Assembly (NCBI GenBank): GCA_054661495.1
Contig: BAAFSQ010000303.1
Coordinates: forward strand, 1-11,902
Length of the DNA: 11,902 bases
Direction: 5' to 3'
Source of the DNA: Zygophlyctis sp. KS116
Lineage: Eukaryota; Fungi; Chytridiomycota
Part shown: in pieces, positions 8,360 to 11,902 of the stretch
How positions within the stretch are numbered: position 1 is the first letter of the stretch
Layout of the letters: every line of letters starts with the position of its first letter
The notes under the pieces: generated by a model
The model's database searches: none
Seen by the model: only the letters and a program-made list of their open reading frames with translations
Told to the model about the DNA's origin: nothing
Program-made: the position numbers and the translations under genes

Positions 8360-10724
8360 ATGAGTCTTTGGACATTCTTGTTTTTTGTATATTTTATGTT
8401 GACTGCAAATGGGATTGGTGATATATATGATATTTCTAGTCTTGTTGGTAGTGGGATCAGTGGATATGAAGATTTATCAGGTCCAAGTGCGCAGTTTGAT
8501 ACACCGATGGGATTTGCTATTGATAATTATGAAACAATTATTCTTGCTGATTCAGTAATTATTATTTAATCAATTTAAAGGGAAATCATGCGATTCGTTA
8601 TTTTTCAATCTCAAGAAATAAGGCTGTTGGTACATTGGCAGGATCAGGTGAAGCAGGTTATGGAGATAGTATTGAATATGATAGCAGTGATATTTCTTTT
8701 AATAATCCAAATGATGTATGTTATTCGGCATATGATTCTTCTTTTTATGTAGCTGGTAAGGGATTTTACTGTAATAATTAGATACTGATAACCATGTTAT
8801 TCGCAAAATTATGTACAATGTTGGTAGCGAGTTTGACTACCATGCTAATACAATGACTTTTGCAGGTAATGGATCAAGAGGATGGGTAGATGGGGATAAA
8901 TCTATTGCTCAATTTTCAAGGCCTGGTGGGATTAAGGCAGATAAAAATGGTACAATATACGTGGCTGATACTGGAAATTCAGTTATAAGAAAAATAACAA
9001 GGGATGGAATAGTCTCGACTTTAGCTGGAAATGGATCGCCTTCTTATGGAGATGGTCTGGGGACACGAACAGGATTTAATCAGCCTAGAGGATTGGCATT
9101 AGATATAACAGGAAAGCTATTACATGTAGCAGATACAGGAAATAACATGATAAGATTGATTAACATGAATACTGGAACCATTCGTGTTAGTACTATTGCT
9201 GGACTTCGTGGACAAGGAAGTTATCAGGTGCAAAAATTGATATACTAAAGACTTTATAGGATGGGAATAGTACCACAGCAAAATTTAAAAGTCCAAGAGC
9301 GCTAGCTGTGGATGAATTTGGAAATATTTACGTAGCAGATAGTGGAAATTCGGCAATTCGAAAGATTTCAACGTAAGCAGCCAATTATTTTATCAGTTAG
9401 AGATGGAATGGTAGAATCGTTAATGTTTCAAAGTGCATCCCCGATTATTTTTCCCAGTGGGATTGAAATATGGAAAAATAACCAAAACTTGTATGTTTCA
9501 GATAGTAAAGCAAATCAAATTTTTGTTCTATCAAGATCTTTTAGTCAAACAACGACTACCGCTTCTGTGGAAGATTCTAGTGATTATATTTCATATGATA
9601 TAAGAGACACATCATTCTCAGCCATCGATCCCACTCAAAATTATGATGCAAGTGATCTAGCTTCTTTTAACTATTTTACAGTAGCTAAATCAGAGGTTTC
9701 TTTAACAAGCGCTGCAACTAAAACTCAGACACCAGAAATCAAAACTTTATCTAAAAGTTCCAAAACGTCTATTTATGCCACTCCATCTAGTGGGTCATGG
9801 AGATGGAATCTAGTTACATCACCATTAACTCTACAAAGTGATATTGAGCTAGGAGTGAAGACATTATTTGAGCCGTATGAGATCTCATTCGACATTGTCA
9901 TATCGGACAAGAAAAACGTAAAAAGCTATATATTTGTTATGGTAATCCCAACCGCTAATTAAAATTAGGATACGAATAATATTCAATATCTCAGTGTATT
10001 TTTAGAAGAGTCATCATATTCTTTGGTTGTTTCCTTCGATTACCAATCTGGACTGCTTGAAAGACGGTCTATTGACGACAATTGGTCACCTATGGAGCTG
10101 AATCAAAATGTATCATTGTTTAATTAATTTTAGTCAAACCATTCAATTACCTTATCTGTTTATAATTCGTATTCTGCTTTGTACATTAATTCATCCTTAA
10201 TTTGGATTAAGACGGGCTATTTGAATGAAATACCATCTACTCCTATGTATTTCCGTTTTTCGCCGCCAGGCGCACCGGTCGCTTTAGCCAAAATAAACAA
10301 TCTTGTGATTGCGCCAGCTTTAAGCTATAGTATTTCATTGCCGACTCTTATAATTGATGATCCGATTACAGGAACAGATCAATTGTCATTGCCTGTTATT
10401 ATAGGTTCTGCCGTTTCTGCAGTCTTTGTGATTGGTCTCATAAGCTTCTTAATCGTACGTTCTAGAAATAGACAATATCAAACTCCTCCGACATATGATG
10501 AAAACAGTGACAATATCAATACTAATCACAGATCAGTGTCGCAACCAGAAAATGCAAATGATACGAATGGTTCAGAAGTACAGTCTAGAGGACGTAGATC
10601 AGGTCGCCTTTCCAGACGCCGTGAACCCACAGCCCCAAATCTTGCAGATATAACATTACCTTTATATGCTGAAGATGCTCCTCCACTATATGTCTCAAAC
10701 GTAAATCTCAGTGAAAATGATTAA
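8360..10724 (+). CDS. Receptor-like type I membrane protein: signal peptide, NHL-repeat beta-propeller, Ser/Thr stalk, ConA/LamG-like beta-sandwich, TM, cytoplasmic PY motifs; join(8360..8554,8581..8755,8782..9227,9260..9372,9401..9941,9969..10109,10134..10724), 733 aa
   Basis: Six GT-AG introns give one 2202-nt frame. NHL blades: F.tP.G.aiD..tIilADSGNHAIR, F.nPnDV...fYVADTDNHVIRKI, F.rPgGI.aD.nGtIYVADTGNSVIRKI, F.qPrGLalD...lhVADTGNNMIRLI, F.sPrALavD.fGnIYVADSGNSAIRKI, fPsGIeI...lYVSDSKANQI. Signal peptide MSLWTFLFFVYFMLTANG; TM LPVIIGSAVSAVFVIGLISFLIV followed by RSRNR. Confidence 0.85.
8555..8580 (+). other. Intron, 26 nt, phase 0
   Basis: GTAATT...TAAAG; restores ADS|GNHAIR. Confidence 0.9.
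8756..8781 (+). other. Intron, 26 nt, phase 1
   Basis: GTAAGG...ATTAG; restores YVA-D-TDNHVIRKI. Confidence 0.9.
9228..9259 (+). other. Intron, 32 nt, phase 0
   Basis: GTGCAA...TACTAAA...TATAG; restores GSYQ|DGNSTTAKFKSP. Confidence 0.88.
9373..9400 (+). other. Intron, 28 nt, phase 2
   Basis: GTAAGC...CAGTTAG; restores RKIS-T-DGMV. Confidence 0.88.
9942..9968 (+). other. Intron, 27 nt, phase 0, in-frame TAA
   Basis: GTAATC...GCTAAT...ATTAG; the downstream frame is open for 47 codons to the next donor. Confidence 0.82.
10110..10133 (+). other. Intron, 24 nt, phase 0, in-frame TAA
   Basis: GTATCA...TTTTAG; joins in frame to ORF 10179..10724. Confidence 0.8.
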
Positions 10725-10728
10725 AACT

Positions 10729-11525
10729 TTATTTGTCTTTCTCAGAAGTTGGAGATTGATTTGATCTAGATTTTAAACCGTTTAAAGCAAAAGTACGTGC
10801 TTGATCATATGCACGCTTCAAAGTCGGTGGTACGGAGGGATTATTCGATAATTCTAATAGTTTAAAAAATATATTCATACCATCAAATTTGGCCAAAGTA
10901 TCCGTAAAAACAGATCTAACTACGCTTGAATTTTGATAACGAGAGCTTAAAAAGAAAAACATCAGAATGGTTCTAAAAAATGATGGAAATCCAGGTATGA
11001 AAAATAACAATGTAGATGGCAAGATCATCCAACATTCCCATTTCGCTACAAATGTAACTGCTTTTGGCTAAAGATCAGAGTATAAGATGTTACCTGAAAA
11101 GTAGTAATTAATTTATCCAATTGAGCAACAACTCCTTGAAATTGTCCAGGAAAAATCTTAGGAATAATTTCATTTTTAGTGTATTGTAATACATGAAAGA
11201 CAGAATACGTAGCAAATGGAATTATGGCAACCGATAACACGAATGGGGATGTGTACCAGCTAAGTGACAAGAAAGCATAAGTAAAATTATCATCTGATGC
11301 CATTTTCTGTGCTATTCCAGGAGTCTGAACTGAAGCGGCATATGTTCGATAAAGAACCAATCCATACGATACTAAAGTTCCAAAAAGGGCATTATAGTAG
11401 CTGCTTGGATTATAATTTAAGAGATAAAAAATTGCATTGAAGAGAGTGATGAAATGTCCAACGGCCCAGAAAAACTGAGCAGAGCTAACTAGCAGCTTTA
11501 TCCGATCTACAAACGGACTTGACAT
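10729..11525 (-). CDS. POM33: Pom33/Per33/TMEM33 (UPF0121) ER and nuclear pore membrane protein; complement(join(10729..11067,11094..11525)), 256 aa
   Basis: AQFFWAVGH, Y..AL.G..VSYG.VLY, DDN..Y..L...W, PFATYSVFHVLQY and FL..RY motifs with multiple hydrophobic helices. ATG at 11525; a 26-nt intron joins the two ORFs in frame. Confidence 0.88.
11068..11093 (-). other. Intron, 26 nt, phase 0
   Basis: GTAACA...CTTTAG; restores TTFQ|PKAVTFVAKWECWM in frame with ORF 10729..11028. Confidence 0.9.
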
Positions 11526-11532
11526 TTTGAAA

Positions 11533-11548
11533 GCGCGTAATTTGGCGC
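11533..11548. promoter_or_regulatory. E2F-like (TTTGGCGC) and MCB-like (GCGCGT) motifs just upstream of POM33
   Basis: TTTGGCGC at 11541-11548 fits the E2F consensus TTTSSCGC; GCGCGTAA at 11533-11540. Confidence 0.35.
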
Positions 11549-11902
11549 TTCTCAATTAGTATTTTAATCTTTCTATTAAGTCAAAAACTAAAAAATAATA
11601 TGCATTCGATCAACTAAACAGACAATTATTGCAATATGCGTGATGAACTTTAGACCAAGGATTCAACCATTTGGACCAATGATTTAACTAAACGTTATCC
11701 ATGATCGTTGAATATTTAGATATAGTTGATACGAGATCTAGGGATCCTTTTAAAAATCCAATGCCGCAATGATCCTTCTGAAATATAACAATGAACATTA
11801 TTTGATCTTCGGTGATCATTCTGAACCAATTAAATATCCGAAGAGACACGCGTCTAAACGCCCGACGTGTCAGCGCGTTAGTTTCATGATTTGTCCGTAA
11901 TA

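Noticed and set aside
11740-11790. 18S rRNA fragment, or U3/U13 snoRNA (GAAGGATCATT on the minus strand)
   Set aside because: Only 11 nt match. Flanking rRNA sequence (GTCGTAACAAGG...GAACCTGCG) and the other U3/U13 elements are absent.

Overview
AT-rich, very gene-dense eukaryotic DNA using the standard genetic code. The proteins look fungal, and I infer an early-diverging (zoosporic-type) fungus; this is not confirmed. The ORF track is fragmented because genes carry ultra-short GT-AG introns. I reconstructed 15 by hand, all 23-32 nt; 13 are required to restore the reading frame, one is an in-frame stop-free intron in NAA50 and one (last CTP synthase intron) is tentative. Seven genes are supported: (1) a 5'-truncated protein of >1340 aa with tandem MATH domains, coiled coil, TM helix and acidic repeat tail (+); (2) a Nup53/Nup35 nucleoporin (-); (3) a small signal-peptide single-pass membrane protein (+); (4) CTP synthase (-); (5) a NAA50-like N-terminal acetyltransferase (-); (6) a 733-aa receptor-like protein with NHL beta-propeller, Ser/Thr stalk, ConA/LamG-like domain, TM and PY-motif tail (+); (7) a Pom33/TMEM33 protein (-). 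No rRNA, tRNA, CRISPR or mobile element was seen. The most notable points are the minimal-intron splicing rules and the two unusual membrane-protein architectures.
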